Positions 22,858-37,000 of a stretch of DNA of 51,961 nt are shown here, in pieces (position 1 is the first letter of the stretch; each line of letters begins with the position of its first letter). A program made the position numbers and the translations under genes. The stretch lies in contig JAHBMJ010000267.1 of the NCBI GenBank assembly GCA_018398765.1, forward strand, positions 1 through 51,961, written 5' to 3'. The stretch is from Chromera velia. Its lineage: Eukaryota. The notes beneath the pieces were generated by a model that was not told the DNA's origin, did not search any database, and worked only from the letters and a program-made list of their open reading frames with translations.

Positions 22858-24639
22858 TCATTTTGGTTTTCTTTTGAATTTACATCTCTGTCCTTGTAAC
22901 AGAAACGGGTTGAGACCTTCGAGTTTTTCCGAACTTTCACGGCTTTGCGTGTCCTTTCTGAGAGGCCCCTGCCTCTGTGAAGTGTCTACGTTTACCTCCA
23001 CAGGACCCTCAGGGATGCAAACCGAAGGCTGGAAGGGAACTTCAAAAGGGAGGGCCCCAGTGGGCAAAGGAGCCCAGGGTGCATTGGAAACTGTTGAGTC
23101 CGTCGTAGTCAGCAACACCGCATCCCCCTTAGGCCTATGCGCATTCTCCTGGGGCCTCAGAGAGGTGCCTCGGTCTCCGCTCCGATGTGCAAGAACGGCA
23201 GAGAGGGCAGCGACCAGCTCTTCGTTGCTATCCTGCTGACCTCGGCGCTTCGCATGCTTCCGTCTGTTTGCTCTAGATAGGACCTGTCCCTGAACAAGCG
23301 TGGCCCCCGACCCTGACTGAGGGCCCACCGATAGTTCCGCCCCCCCAACGCTAACACGACCCTGACTTGGCAAGGCACCGCATGAGGCAGATGCTGAGAG
23401 TCTGCTCTTTAATTGGGGACGCGAACTGTGTGATTTTGTGATCGGGGGAAGCCATCCGGTCTCCCTCTTCTGGAACGAATTCGTGTTTGTGCTTCCTGCC
23501 CATGCTCGGATGCCCTCCCCTCCTTGTTGCTCTTTCGGAAACCCAGGAGAGGAGGGGGGTGGACCTGGTGCTGCATCAGCTGGGGGGAAGGGTGCGGCGG
23601 GAGATTTCAGCGGAGGCTTTGTGCTGAAGTCTGTGAATCGAGGAGGGGAACGACGAAGGCGAAGTAGGGAGGGGGGTGAAGACATCATTTGATTTTGCGG
23701 GCCGATCGCACGGAGCGGCGGTTGATGCTGCTTGGCTGGGTCTCCTGTATTCTGCCTTGTTCCTGTGGGTGTGGTCTGGATGGCAATGCTCTGCCCAAAA
23801 TCTGGGGGCTCGAGGCGAGTGCTCTTCTGTAAGTCTTTCGACTGGCTGAGTCCTTCTTTGGGGGTCTGAGGGTTGACGGGCAGAGGTGCCTGATTCATGG
23901 GAAGGCTGACTCTTCGCTCTGTACCGGCCAAGCTCTGTTTTCGCATCCGCGACCGGAACGGCCTCACTGGGGAGAGCCTCTCTTTGAAAGAGACGGAACC
24001 TCGTCTCTCTCGTGCCTCGTCTCTCGCTGCTCTTTCTTTTTGAGCAGCTGCAAAGGCGGCAGAGAGAGGTGAGTCCTTCATTTCGCTAGGAGAGTCTGTG
24101 ACAGATTGGGGAAACTCCTGCTGTCTTCTCTTCCCATGGAGGAGGGGAGACGTGCCGCCTGACGGAGAGGGGCAGGCAGAAAGGGAATTGGAGGAGTCAT
24201 CAGGCACCTCGATGAGGCGGAATGAGCTCTCTTCTTCATCACTCTGTTCAGACACGACCACCCAGTCTTGCGCGAGGTCTATTGTGGGTGGAAGCTCCCC
24301 ATCACCCACCTCTCCAAATGCCCCTTTGTCTGGAGAAGGGGGCCTAGATTTCGCTTTCTGCCTTTTCTCTCTTTGCCTCTCTTCTTCCATCAACTCTAAG
24401 CCTTCATCCAAAAGCTTTGCAGCGAGTTGCTGCAGGACAGAAGCCCGCCTCATGCGTTCCGCGTTGAGCCTTCTCTGTCTGAGTCTGGCAGCCCTTCGCG
24501 CCTCTGTCAGTCTTTTCGTCAAACGTGACTCCCACCTCCTCTGCCTGTCCTCCACCATCCGACCCAAACGAACCAGCTCGTTGGTCTCTGCAGAGTAGAA
24601 AGCTTGAAGCTTTCGCCGTTCTGCCATGTCATACCTCAT

Positions 24640-24709
<70 letters not shown>

Positions 24710-27700
24710 ACACATACACACACATACACACACATACACACATACACACACACAGAGAGAGAGGGAAGAAACAAATGACAGGCTTCCCCTTCCGACAAAG
24801 CAACTCATGGCGGTGCGCTCTTCTCATTGTCACACGTCATGTATATGATGCAGTAGTCTTTTTACTTGCAGCATTCTATGGCTCCATGAGTATGGAAAGG
24901 GGACCTGAAATTAACCTCTCTTCACTATCCCTAAACGTCGATTCAATTGCGCCTGAATCCATCCAAACCGCCTGCATGTCTGGTTGAGGGACCGACGAAG
25001 CGACCGACCGACCGACCTGCACGTCCCACGGGGCCATCATCACATTCAACTTCATCACGTGGGGGGTCAATCCGACCTCTCCTTGGATCCCTCTGAGGAT
25101 CTTCATGGCCTCACGCGCCCTTTCCGTCAAGTGCACAGACCCACGACGAACAGGAGCCGAGAGCAGCCGCGCATCCCGAGCGCCGCCGTCTGCAGTTGGG
25201 GGTGCAGACGCGTTAGCGAGACTGGCAGCCGTGGAGAAACGTCGAAGCTTCGAAGCGGCCGTGACCGCTCTGACCCGACTCGAAAGCGCTTCTGCCGCCT
25301 GTCGACTTCGAGGGAAAGCATCATCCCCCCCTGCGCTGCCAGGACGGTGAGTGCCTTGAGCCCCCATAGCAGACCCCACAGACAAGGCAGACAGTCGCCT
25401 CTTTCGCTTCGGGGACAAAACTGTCTTCAGATAGCTTCGTCGTCTTCTCCATCTCTCCCCAATCACCCCCTGTTGAAGTAAGGGGATTTTCTGTCGGCCT
25501 CTCAGATAAGCTGCCATGCTCCCATTGGAACCAGAATGGTGCACCTGGTTGTACGCATGCAATTCCTTGTCGGAAATAAAACCGACACGAAGAAGCTTTG
25601 GGTCATTCCGAACAGCGCGCATCGCAGCAGCCACCCTTTTCCACCCCCTCCTTCCTCCTGACTCGTAGGAACTGATCTTCATCAGACCTGCAGAGTCGTT
25701 GAACGTCCGCATGGGCACAGGGCCCAGGCCTGCAGGCACCCTCTGCTCCCATGAGAGCCGACGGGGAATGCCGGGGTCCGATGTGAGGCCCAACAAGACC
25801 CCGACAAGAAGCTCAATGGAAGCATCCCTTGCAATGCGCTCTTCAGTGTTTACCTGAGAGCTTGCGCTGTCTGTCCCATTCTTTCCGGACTCCCTCTCTT
25901 CACTTTCTGAAACAACAATCCCGTCTCCTTCAAGTTCTCCCTCCTCCTCCTCCTCCTCCTCCTCCTCCTCCCCTTCATCGACGTCCTGCCCTTCCAACTC
26001 CGCAGCATCGTCTCCCACCGTCTCTCCAACGTCCCCTCCTGGAGATTCCTCTACATCCCCTTCTTCCTTCTCGTCATCAGGTACTGGAATCGCTACAGGG
26101 GGGGAGGGTCTCGCAGCAGAGGCAATAGGAGTAGTGAGATGCGGAAACCGGGCTAGGTAGATTTCGGCATCCCGTCTTCTCTTTCCCTCGACCCCCCCGC
26201 TGGTATGCAAAAGCCTGTCAGGCAAGCCTCCATCAAGGAAACAAGACCTGGTCCTTCTCTGAGTGAGCCACCACTCCTGAGCAGTGACCGCTTTCTTCTC
26301 GAGAGCATCTTCTTTTGACGTCTCCTTCCCGCCATCCTCACTCTTTGCCTCATCCTCTGCGGGTTGGTGCAAGTCGAGGCTGAGGAGCTGGGGCAGTGCG
26401 AGGTCCGGCACAGAGAGAGACCTCTTCATAGTCGCCATGTCACCCTTTCGGTGGGCACTCGGAGGAACTGTGAGGGCCTCCTGAGGATCGCCCTCAGTCG
26501 AGAGGGGCTCCTGGTCTTGCGCTGCTGTTTTGCCCTCCGGCGACTGCACGCCCCCCTCGTTGTCTGTCCTCTGCGAGTTTGCTGAAGGGTCGGGTGCATG
26601 ACTGTCTGACTGGGTGGGTGCAAATCGGACAGAAATGTGGCCTTCTCTCTTTGCTGTCCCATCGGCCGCTTCCCCTTCTTGGGGGGAAGGGTGGAGGTCT
26701 GTGTCGCGTGCAGTCCGAGGGGAGAGCTCGCTGGAGGGCGATAGTGGGGAGGCAATGGTAGCGGGAGGGGGCGTTGAGAGGCCGGCGCTGCGAATTGTGG
26801 GTTCGTTGACGGGCTGAGACTGTGGTGGGGCGGACACTGAGATGTCTTTCTTTTGAGCTGCGGACGGAGAGGAGGGTTGATGATCCTTCGTGTTCTCCTC
26901 ATGTGCTCCTGAGCTCTGTTCCTTGGACTCTGCCGGGACTGGTTTTGTGAATGTGTTGTCACTCCCACTCTCCTCTCCAGCTGAGCGGGTGGCGGTGCTC
27001 TCTCTGAGGGCCTTTTCTGCCCGTCGGAATCGGTTTCGGATGGCTATCTCAAAGAGGGAGGAGCGGCGATTTGCACGAGCACAGTCTCGTATGTCTCTGA
27101 GGATACTGGGGTTGAATGGAGCCATTCGGGGACATAAGAGAGGGAAGAGCGCTAGGCCGTAGGAATTCTGAAGGGGGGCAGGCAGAGGCCAACGCCCAGG
27201 TTTTCGTGGTATCTTCTGGGGGCGTTTGACGACGGAAATCTTTTGATACCTTCCTCCTGTGGGGCCCTGCTGGGCGCTGTTTGAGTTTTCGAGGCCACTC
27301 ATTGTTTCCTGAAGCTCTCTCTCTGCAGCCTCCTCTGCCTCCATCTTGTAGAGAATCCACCCGAAATAGACTTCGTCACAGAAGTTTTGTCTCTTCAGAC
27401 GAGAGCGACGTGTCTGCACACCCAGACGCTTATCGATGTGCTCAGTCGGGCTCCAGCCTGTCTGGTGAACCCGCACGACGGGAATTTTTTTGAAGCGCAG
27501 CCTCCAGGGAGACCAGCGCTGTTGGTGTCCTGCTACAGAGAACTGATTGATGTCCTTGCGAGGAGACGATGCAGACGGCGTGGCAGCAGCTGTGTTCGAC
27601 ATGCGTCGGAAAAAACTCGCACGCGCAACCGTCCCGGGAGATGAGAGACTGACGCGGACGCTTTTTCTCTTCGTGGACGAGACTGAGGCTCGTTGGAGGG

Positions 27701-30700
27701 AATTTCGAATTGACATTCTTTTGGAGGCGAGGGGGGATTGGGGGAATGCAGAGAAAGGGTCTCCCTCTCCGTCCGTCAAGGTCTCACGATACTCTCTCTC
27801 TGCTATCATCCGAGCCTGCTCACTGGCAAAAGCGGCTTGTACGTCCTTCAGCTTCTGCAAGTGCACAGACTGTCTTCTTCCCCGCGCCTCTGTTTCCGCC
27901 TGCGTGGTGAAGAACCTCGTTCGCCTCTCAATGTACTCAGGATCCCCAGCTGCAAAACGCAACTGGTCCCCCGGTCTCCGATCGTCAGTTCGGAGTCTCC
28001 TTCTGTTGATTTGGGGAAAGAACGAGACAGGCAGACGGTAGACAGACCTGTCAGGTGGAGGTTGTGCGAATTTTGTGGGAAGGAAGAGACGGGGGATCAA
28101 AGTGCCTCTGTGGAAACGTGGACGGAGGAGGAGATCAACCTCGTCGGGTCCTTGCTGTCCTCCTGGGGAAGCTCCGTCTCCCCCCCCGAGTTCTGCTTGG
28201 TCTCTCCCTCCATCGCCCCAGAGATCCAAACCGAAAAAGGCAAGGGCATTGGTGGGGCGCAGCATCTTCCTCACAGGCCGTCGTCCCAGACGGGCAGATC
28301 TTTTGGCCCGGATGGGGCGTTTTGAAACAGGAAAGTGATACTGAGGCCCCGGCATAGCTTGGGTTTCTTGAGAGGGAGGGGGCCCCTCCAGTGGGTCTGC
28401 TGGAGATGCAGAAAGCTGGGGTGCCGACAAAGGCCTTTTTTGGATCTCTTCTTGAGAGACCATATCCACAGGGATGCGGGGAGTGACCTGCGGCTCTGGT
28501 TTCTCTCGGGAGGTGGTGCGGAGGGAGTGGGCAGTAGGGGCATGACGGTGAAGGGTGCGTCGGACCTCCGGTTGTTCGTGGAATGCGCCTGTCACAGTGG
28601 CCAGCTGCAAGCAAGGAAGGAAAGGAGGAGAAAGGACTTTGCATGTATGGGCCTGTGTGTTTGCTTCCTTCTCAATGATTTCACATCGCAGTCTCCATCT
28701 CTCTCCCCCCCTCTCTCTCTCTCTCACACACACACACACAGATAATGCGTTTAGTGTGAGATGGGGACTGGAAGCACAGACATGCGCAGGTTCGTACAGC
28801 AGAAAAAAAATTGCTGCATGGATGGAGAGACCTAATGGAGGGAGTCTCAGAGAGAGGGAAAACAGAAGGACGACAGGTCAAACCATGACGAAGCCTCGTT
28901 CATGCAACACTAAAGTATCACTGTCCGACATTGATCTTTCATGGGCTCACGTTGCCGATTCGTCTATCCTTGAGGAAATCAGCCGACGACTGCAAGGCCG
29001 CAGAGATTTCTTCCCATGGAAGTCCGAGCCCCAAAAGTTCCTCCAGAGTGAGAACAGAGTGACGGCCAAATTCGGCTAGAGCTGCAGCAGAGGGGAAAGA
29101 GCTGGGGTCCGTTGAGCGTCTTTTGCTTTCTTCCGTCTCCGCAGCTGCGTCTCCCCTCTTCTCCCCTGATTCCTGCTCTGACTCCTTCTCAGTTGGTTCT
29201 TTCTTGTTCCACTTGCGTGCAGACTCAGGCACTTTCTCTTCCTCCAAAGCCAGCAGACCAAGAGAGGCATCTGCAGCGGCTCTTGAGACCTCCTGCTCTG
29301 TCTGCGGCTGAGGTCCGTGTGCGTCTGGGGGGACGTCTGTGGAAGCTGTCGTGCTTCTCTGGTGAAGGGAGAAGAGCGCAGAGTCGAAGAAAGACCCGGA
29401 AACGGGACCTCTTCGCACCTCCCCGTCTGCGGAGTTCCCTGTGTTGTCCTCACACGGGGGTTGTTTTTTGTCTTCAATTGCGAGGGTGCGTCTGACTGCA
29501 GGGGGTCCCCCGGATGTCACACGGACCTCGTCAGACCCAGTGTCTCTCAGAGACCACTGGAGCTTGGAGGGCAAATACTCTGCCCACATCTGCGCAGAGA
29601 AAGAGGAGAAGAAAAGAAAACGAAATGTGAAAATCGAGTGAATGCACGCAGTCAGCACGTCCTTGTTCGGACTTGAATCAACATAAAGCGTTCACGGAGG
29701 GCGATGGATAGCAGGGCATTTTCAGCAGATATAGAAAAACATATGCTTGCAATGAGCTCAGCACTTCCCCCCACAGATAAATGATTCTTTCTTTTGCTCG
29801 CTTTCAATGGTTCTTCAATCACTATGAACTTTCAGCATTCTATCTTCACAAACCGCAAAACACAATGCTCAAAAGAAGGATTTCTTTGGGTTTCTTGAAA
29901 GGACGGCAACGAACCTGAACCTGTGGGTCCTTTTCCTTCACGAAAGCGAGGCTGATGCCGACCGAGGAGGGCAGCAGGCGAGCGTCTGCCACGGGAGCCC
30001 CCACGACGAGGCATCTGAGCCTTTCGAAGGAGCTCTCAGGTTCCAGAGGCACCCCTCCACTGGCAGAGGGGAGGGGGGAGATTGCGGAGGCAGTCCAAAT
30101 GACACGCCACAAACACATTGTTCCGTCGACTGAGGCCGAGAGCAGAAGACCCACCGGCAACGGCTCTGTCGCTGTGGGAGGAGGGGTACGTGTGCCTGCG
30201 ACATGTTGGGGGGAACCTCCTTCCACCGTTGCAGACCTCTGCAAAGTTCTTTTCTTCTCTGCTTCTCTTGGACGCCATAGAGCGCTGAGGGGCAAAGCCG
30301 AGCACTCTTCTGTGGGTATGACCGAAAGAGCTGATACCAAGCAGGAGTGTGCTCTGAGAAGGTACGGAGCAGGAAGCAAAATGGCTGGGGGTTTGCCGAG
30401 GAGGCTACTTCTACGTCTCTTCGATGACCGACGTCGACCTTGCTGGCTCTGGGGTTCGACCGAGGGGGCTCCTGAGTCGAGTTCGCGTAGAGATACCCTG
30501 ACTGCCTCGTTACTCTCGTGGTGCGCGTGAACATCTCTGGATTTTTTTCGAGAGGATCGGGGGGGACTGGAGGGCTGCTTGTCAGCGGGGGGCTTTGCCT
30601 CTTTCTCGGTTGCTGCTGTCTGTGCGGGAGGTGGATTTGCTTCTTTGAAAGAGTCTTTGTGTTTTGTTTTCTCTGCTTTTGTGTCTGCCGTGGGCTGATT

Positions 30701-31065
30701 TTGACTGGGGCCCATCTTAGCTTCTTCCTTCCCCTTGGGCTCTTTGTCTTTGCTGTCGTCATCCTTTCCGAATGTGGAGAGGACAGAAGCCGCATCAAGA
30801 ATTCGACTGGCAGGCCGCCAGGGCAAGTTCTTCTCTTGGAGCGTCTGGAGCTCTGTCAGATCAAAGAGAGCGTCCTCCTCCCTTTTTGCGAAGACTTCTG
30901 CGGGCCTCTTGTATCGACTCTGTGCGAGGAAGGGCAGAAGATGGAGGGCCACGAGAGAGCCTGAGGCTGTACCCGCAACCAGAAGAGGGGCAGCTGAGTC
31001 ATCACCGACAATGAGGGCTCGCTTCACCCTCTGTGGAGGTCCGCTTGTTCCTGTGTGACAAATTT

Positions 31066-31096
<31 letters not shown>

Positions 31097-34000
31097 AGGA
31101 AACGGATAACGCGTCGGAAAGATAATAAGGACACACAGAAGACAAAAAGACGCTGACAACAATGAGATGGAGAGAAAAATTCGGCTAGAGTTTACACGAC
31201 AGAAAAGCTTTTAGGGAGAAATGAACAGCAATGGAAAAAAGAACATTTGTCTCACCTGAATTTGCCTTGTTGGTATCTGTTTTGAATAGATTCGTGTCTA
31301 GTAGAGGGTCCAGCGTTCGTGCTCTGCGCAGTGATAGAGTCCCATTCTCATTGACAAGCACCACAGCCTTCCATTGCGACAGCAAAGCAACGAACACAAT
31401 GGCAGAACTACGCAAGGATGAGTTTTGATCCTTGGAAGTCCCGGATGAGTCGACAAGGCTTGGAGGATACTCTGCCAACACACGACCGGCCTTGAGGTCA
31501 ACAGACACAACTGTGCCAGACGCCGTTCCTGCCACGCAGAGCTTCATCATCGTCCCCTCTTCTTTCTCTCCTTTCTCCGATTCCCCCACGATCCAGGCGC
31601 AGTCAACTGCCGTGATCGTCAGAGGAAGAGGAGGGGGAGATGCGGTCGTGGGGGGTCCCTCAGGGGAGGTTTTCTTATGCTCAGTCGCGAGATGGGCTTC
31701 CTTTTTCCCCTTTCTTTCTTTTACCTTCTTGTTTCTGATTGCTGCTTTCTTGGTCTCTGCCTCTCTCTCAGGCTTCGGTTTCTTTTTGCCTCCCCTGGCT
31801 CTACCCGCACACGAAAATTCCTCCAGTGACAGATTCACCCGACTCACAGAGGGACGCAGAAGACTGTGTCTGCCTGGGGAAGACGAGACAGGAGATGGCA
31901 GGACAGAGGGGAGCGGTAGCTGCTTCGGTGAGACGGGTGTCACTGAGAAAGCAGCTTTCAGATTGAACACAGAGGGCATCTCTGCAACCTTTTTCTTTGT
32001 GCCTTGGTCTTCTTCTGCAGTGAAAGACACGAGAAGACCATCAGCAGTGGCCAAGAGGAGCTCTGCACCGGTTGTTGAGGTGCTCATGGCTGTCACAGCG
32101 ACGTCTCCACTGAAGGCGGAAGACAACGGAGAGCTGCCTCCAAAGTGCCAAGGAGCAACTGCAGAGTCACCCACGAGACCCATATGACCCCCTGCCACAA
32201 AACGAGGAAGCCAGAGACCACCCGACAGAAAAATCCCACGTACACCGCTGCCCATCCCTGCAGATGCAGAAGGTCTAGAACCGCCATGCACCCTCTCTCT
32301 CTCTGGCTGTCCGGAATCACCCCGGACAAACACCGCGAGGCTCAAACCATCCCCTTTTGTCTTTTCTGTCGTTTCAACAACAGGGGTGATCCTTCCACTC
32401 TGCTGGTTCACGCTTGTGAGCCTACTCTCTTTGTCATCCGCTTCCACCCCCTCTGCGTCCTCCTCTGTGATTGCCCCCGTGATCGTTGCCTCGGGTACGG
32501 TTCCCGTGACGCCCTCGGGTTTGCTGACCTGTCCTTCTCTGGGAGTGACAAACACGGCAGACCCTGATTTGCCCCGTGAAAGGGAAACGCGTGACGTGGA
32601 ATGAGTAGGCAAGAACGGATTCTGACGAAAAGTTGACCCCATCTCCGCATCTGCAAGTTGTTGGGTGGAGGCGCCGTCCTCCTCCTTTGCAGACTCGGGG
32701 GGCGTCCTGTAACTCTCTGCGGTTTCGAAAGTCACGCCGCGAGACGGACTATCGCTGTCCCCTCCCAACTCTGATCGATCGCGGGTGGCGCGTCTGCTCG
32801 CTTTCCGGGACGCTTTACGGGATGCTCTTCTGCTTTTCCTTCTACGACTTGTCTCCTCTCCTGGTTCTTCCACCCCCCCCTCCATTGGGAGATCCCCTTC
32901 GTGGGCTGATGCCTTGGCTGTCTGTCCAACCTGTTCTGCCCTCTCCACCTGCATGCCTGACTCCCTCACGTCGGAGGATCGACGGGCAGGGGGGAGAAGA
33001 TCCAAACCCTCGACGGGAGGGACGCAGGGAGTTTTCCCCTGCTGCTGCTGCTGCTGCTGCTGCATCGATTCGCCTGTAGACGCTGCCTTCCCGTCTCTCT
33101 CTGTGTGTGCTTCCTCCTCTCTTGCGGGTGTGAGCAGGTTGAGAGCTGTCACTCCTGCTGTCTGAGACGACAAGAAGCCTCCTCCCGGGTTCTGCATGGG
33201 CCCTGCGGATGCCTGCAGGACAGGAGAGGACTGGAGACGGGAGGACTTTCCTAGAGGGAGGTGGGGCACCACAAAGGAGTTGAAAGAGGAGAACTGCACA
33301 GTTCCGGTCGGGTTAAATGGAGTTGAGCGAGTCAACCTGTGGGGCTGGGGGGTGAGGTTGACGAGAGGAGCAAGATGGTCTGGGAGGTGGAGATGGTCTG
33401 TGTCGATATTGCTGCGTGCATTTGCTCTCGCAGTGGCAGCAGCAGCAGCAGCAGCAGGAGAGATCGGCGGAGTTCCCAGAGGTACGGATGGTTTCAGGAC
33501 AACCGTCAGTTTGCCTCCTTCCATCACTTCCACAAGAGAGCCTTCCTCTTCTAGATTGTCTTCCTCCTCTCGGGGTGTCTGCGTAGTTCTCGGGGGGGGA
33601 GACGGTGGGCCTCTGGATTTTTGGGTTTGGGGAGAGGGGGAGGGAGGCTTGCTGGATTTGTTCAAACCGCCTTTCCATGTGCTGTGGAAGAGCTCTAGAG
33701 TAATCGGCTGTGTGACTGGGGTAAGTCTCAAGTGGGCAGTGTCTGCAATGGCAGGGAGAAGAGGGGCGCTCTGTGTGTGTGCAGCTGTGATGGCAATTGG
33801 CCCCTTGGGGGGAGGTTTCTTTTCCTCTTCTTGCTGCTGCTGGTGCAGCTGAGAGGACTGAGCAGGTCCCAAAAGAACAGCAATATGGTTGGGACTTTTG
33901 GGAGGACTCCGAAGAAACTCTAACCTCTTTCTCTCTGCCTCCTTCTGCTTCCGCTCTTGTACTGCCCTCCTTTCCTCACGAGCCAGGAAAGCAGCAAAGA

Positions 34001-37000
34001 GACCGTCTCTACCGGGTGTCACCAACGGAATCTTTTTTCTAGGACTCTCTTTTTCCTGCTCGATTGGAACTGCATTCGAAAGTTGCAGAGCCAAAGAAAC
34101 GACCGGTTCCTTGAACTGTATTCCCTTTGTCCTCCGGCTATCTAGAGACTGTACTTTCAGAGTCTCGTGCAACAGTAGACAGGTGGTGCTGTCTTGTTGA
34201 AGAGTGGAGCGACTGTGATCTTGGCCCGAGACTGTCGGATCCCCCTCGCCTCCTTCAGTTGAAAAGAGGGTCCCTGACGGCAACGTTGTGCTTGGGCCAA
34301 TGCCCGCATGGGGATCCTGGAGGGTGCGGCATGATCTGTTCCGTTTGGAACAACTTGTCTTTGCCTTCTGCTGCTGAGACGCTGTGGACGGATTCTGTGT
34401 GAGTCTGTGTGAGTCTTCTTCCAATCCTTCTCGATCTCTCTCTGTGTCCACACCCATCGGGAGGGTTCTGGAAGCGTCAGGCTCTGAAGGGAGGAATATA
34501 GAGGGACTGTCAAGAGCAAGGGAAAAAAGGGAAGGCTCTCCTTGCACACCCCTTTCTTTCTCCCCCCCTTCTGCCGACTTGTCTTGCCGACTGTCTCTGG
34601 AGACCTGCTGCGACATCGTGACGGCTTGACTGCGGTCCAGCACCGACATGACCGACCCGGCGGCCCCAAGTCCCACGACCTCAAGAGGGTCTGTCATTTC
34701 ACTCGGCAGATTCTCGGTCCGCCCCCTTGGGAGCGTTAGCTCGGTCTTTCCCCTGGTCAACCACACATCATCATCTTCGTCCTCTTCTGCTATCGGGGCC
34801 TGGAGAGCAGAATTAATGGATTTGTCCGCACCTGGCGAAGCAGTCTTTGCTGACTGCAGAACACCTCCCGCCGACATCAGCACATCCGCAACGGCCATGC
34901 GCCCCCTTCCGACGACGTCAGGAACCACCGAGGCGATTGCGTGGAGGGACTCGCGGAGTTCGGGGGGGACGGCGAGATCGGCCGGGATGTGACTGGCCTT
35001 CTTTGCCGCCCAGCGGACTGCCGCCTTGATCCCCCCGGGGCCCAGGTTCTTCATTGCTGTGCGCATCCTCTCATGAGAGGGAGATATCTCCTTCCTGCCA
35101 AATCTCCGGGGCTTCTGCCGTGTGAGGGCATCGCCAAGCAATTGGAAGATTTGGTCCTTCGTCGGCCCATCCACATCTGCTGCCGCCGCCTCATCTTGCC
35201 CCCCTGCGACTGCAGATGCTGAGGGGTCCTGCAAGAGGACGTGCAGAGGGTAAGGAGAGGCCGTGGAGGGTGAGAGGCCAGCAATGCTCCCCCTTTCCCT
35301 TTCTCTGGCGTTGAGGGTGAGAGGCTCTGGGCGTTCGGCCCTTCCCTCTGTCTCTGCATCATCGCCCCCCTTTCCCTTTGCTGCAGCGTCCACACCGGAT
35401 GGCGGCAGGGCGGGGAGGCTCTTGGAAATCGAGAGAGAAGGCTCGATGGTTCGAAGCAGCGCAAGGGAGCTGCAGGCAGGGACACACACAGGAGATACAC
35501 ACAGCTAGATTCACACAGACCGATAGAATCTTCTTCTGCTTCTCAACGCCCTAAGTCCCAAATTCCATCGCATCATGTACAATAACAGACTCCCATGCAC
35601 GAGCAGAGCGATAGAGAATTCCGAGAAACGCACACAAGGAGAAGGGATACTCAGGATACTCGATCGAGCCTGGGAGCAAAGTTTGGAGATTTTGCGGCGC
35701 TTTCTGACAAAGAGGAACTGTCATGGCTTTGAGCTTGACTGCATTAAGCTCTGCACACTCATGCGTGCATTGCTGACCTGACTGCAGAGGGAGCCACTGC
35801 CATGGTCCTGCTAGAGTTCCGAGCTACTCCGGTCATCAGGCCGTCGTCCGAGAGAACAAACACAAGAGGATACCTCACGCCATTCGCACCAGTCTGCATG
35901 GAAAGCAGAAAGAAAGAAGAGCCATGCAGGCAGGAGAAAATGGTGACCGAGTTGCTTGGAGGTGAGATTCCTTGTGCAAACAAACTCAAATCATGCAGCT
36001 ACTGGGGTATGACCAAAAGGTGTGAAATGAAAGGTGAAGTCCTTCCCTCCCTCTGCAAACGGGCAGAAAAAAAGGCCCGTTGACTACACCCATGCAAACC
36101 GACGGACCCACCGGAGAGGCGCAGATCATCCGGAGATCCGTCAAGGGAATGTTGAGTGGACCTGCAACCTTAGGGCTCTCTTTCTGTCCCTGCTGCATGA
36201 AACACAGAAAAACAGGCATACAGGCGTTTTGACCAAAAGAATTGGCATAGAGACATGGAGACACAGACAAACAGGCATACAGGCGTTTTGATCAAAAGAA
36301 TTGGCATAGAGACATGGAGACACAGACAAACAGGCATACAGACGTTTTGATCAAAAGAATTGGCATAGAGACATGGAGACACAGACAAACAGGCATACAG
36401 GCGTTTTGACCAAAAGGATTGGCATAGAGACATGGAGACACAGACAAACAGGCACACAGGCGTTTTGACCAAAAGAATTGGCATAGAGACATGGAGATAC
36501 AGACAAACAGGCATACAGGCGTTTTGACCAAAAGAATTGGCATAGAGACATGGAGACACAGACAAACAGGCACACAGGCGTTTTGACCAAAAGAATTGGC
36601 ATAGAGACATTACGATGCAGAGAGTGCTGACGCCTCCAACAACCTCTCTTGATCTACTCAATCCAATCTCTCACTGACCTCTTCACTGATCCCTCCCCCC
36701 TCTTCTACAGCAGTCAAGAAGAACGAATTGCCATTCTTTTCAGCCTCTGACTGCCCGTCCTCCTCTCCCCCCTCTTGGCCTCTTTGTCCCCCCGGGTCTG
36801 TATCCAAAGCAGCCGGGGCCGCCGGGGCGTTGTCTGTTTTCCTCTCACCCCCTCCATCGCCACTTTGGGGTTTTCTTGGCACTCCCTTCTTCTTCAGAAA
36901 GCCCTGACGTAGGGGAGGTCGGAGACGCGCAGCCTCGAGTCTGATCAGGGCCGCTCGGGTCCTTTCCTGCTCGGAGAGTTCCGCACGGAAGGAGGCCAGC

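Noticed and set aside
36202..36610. CRISPR-like array
   Set aside because: The units are contiguous with no unique spacers, lie in a spliceosomal intron, and no cas genes are present.
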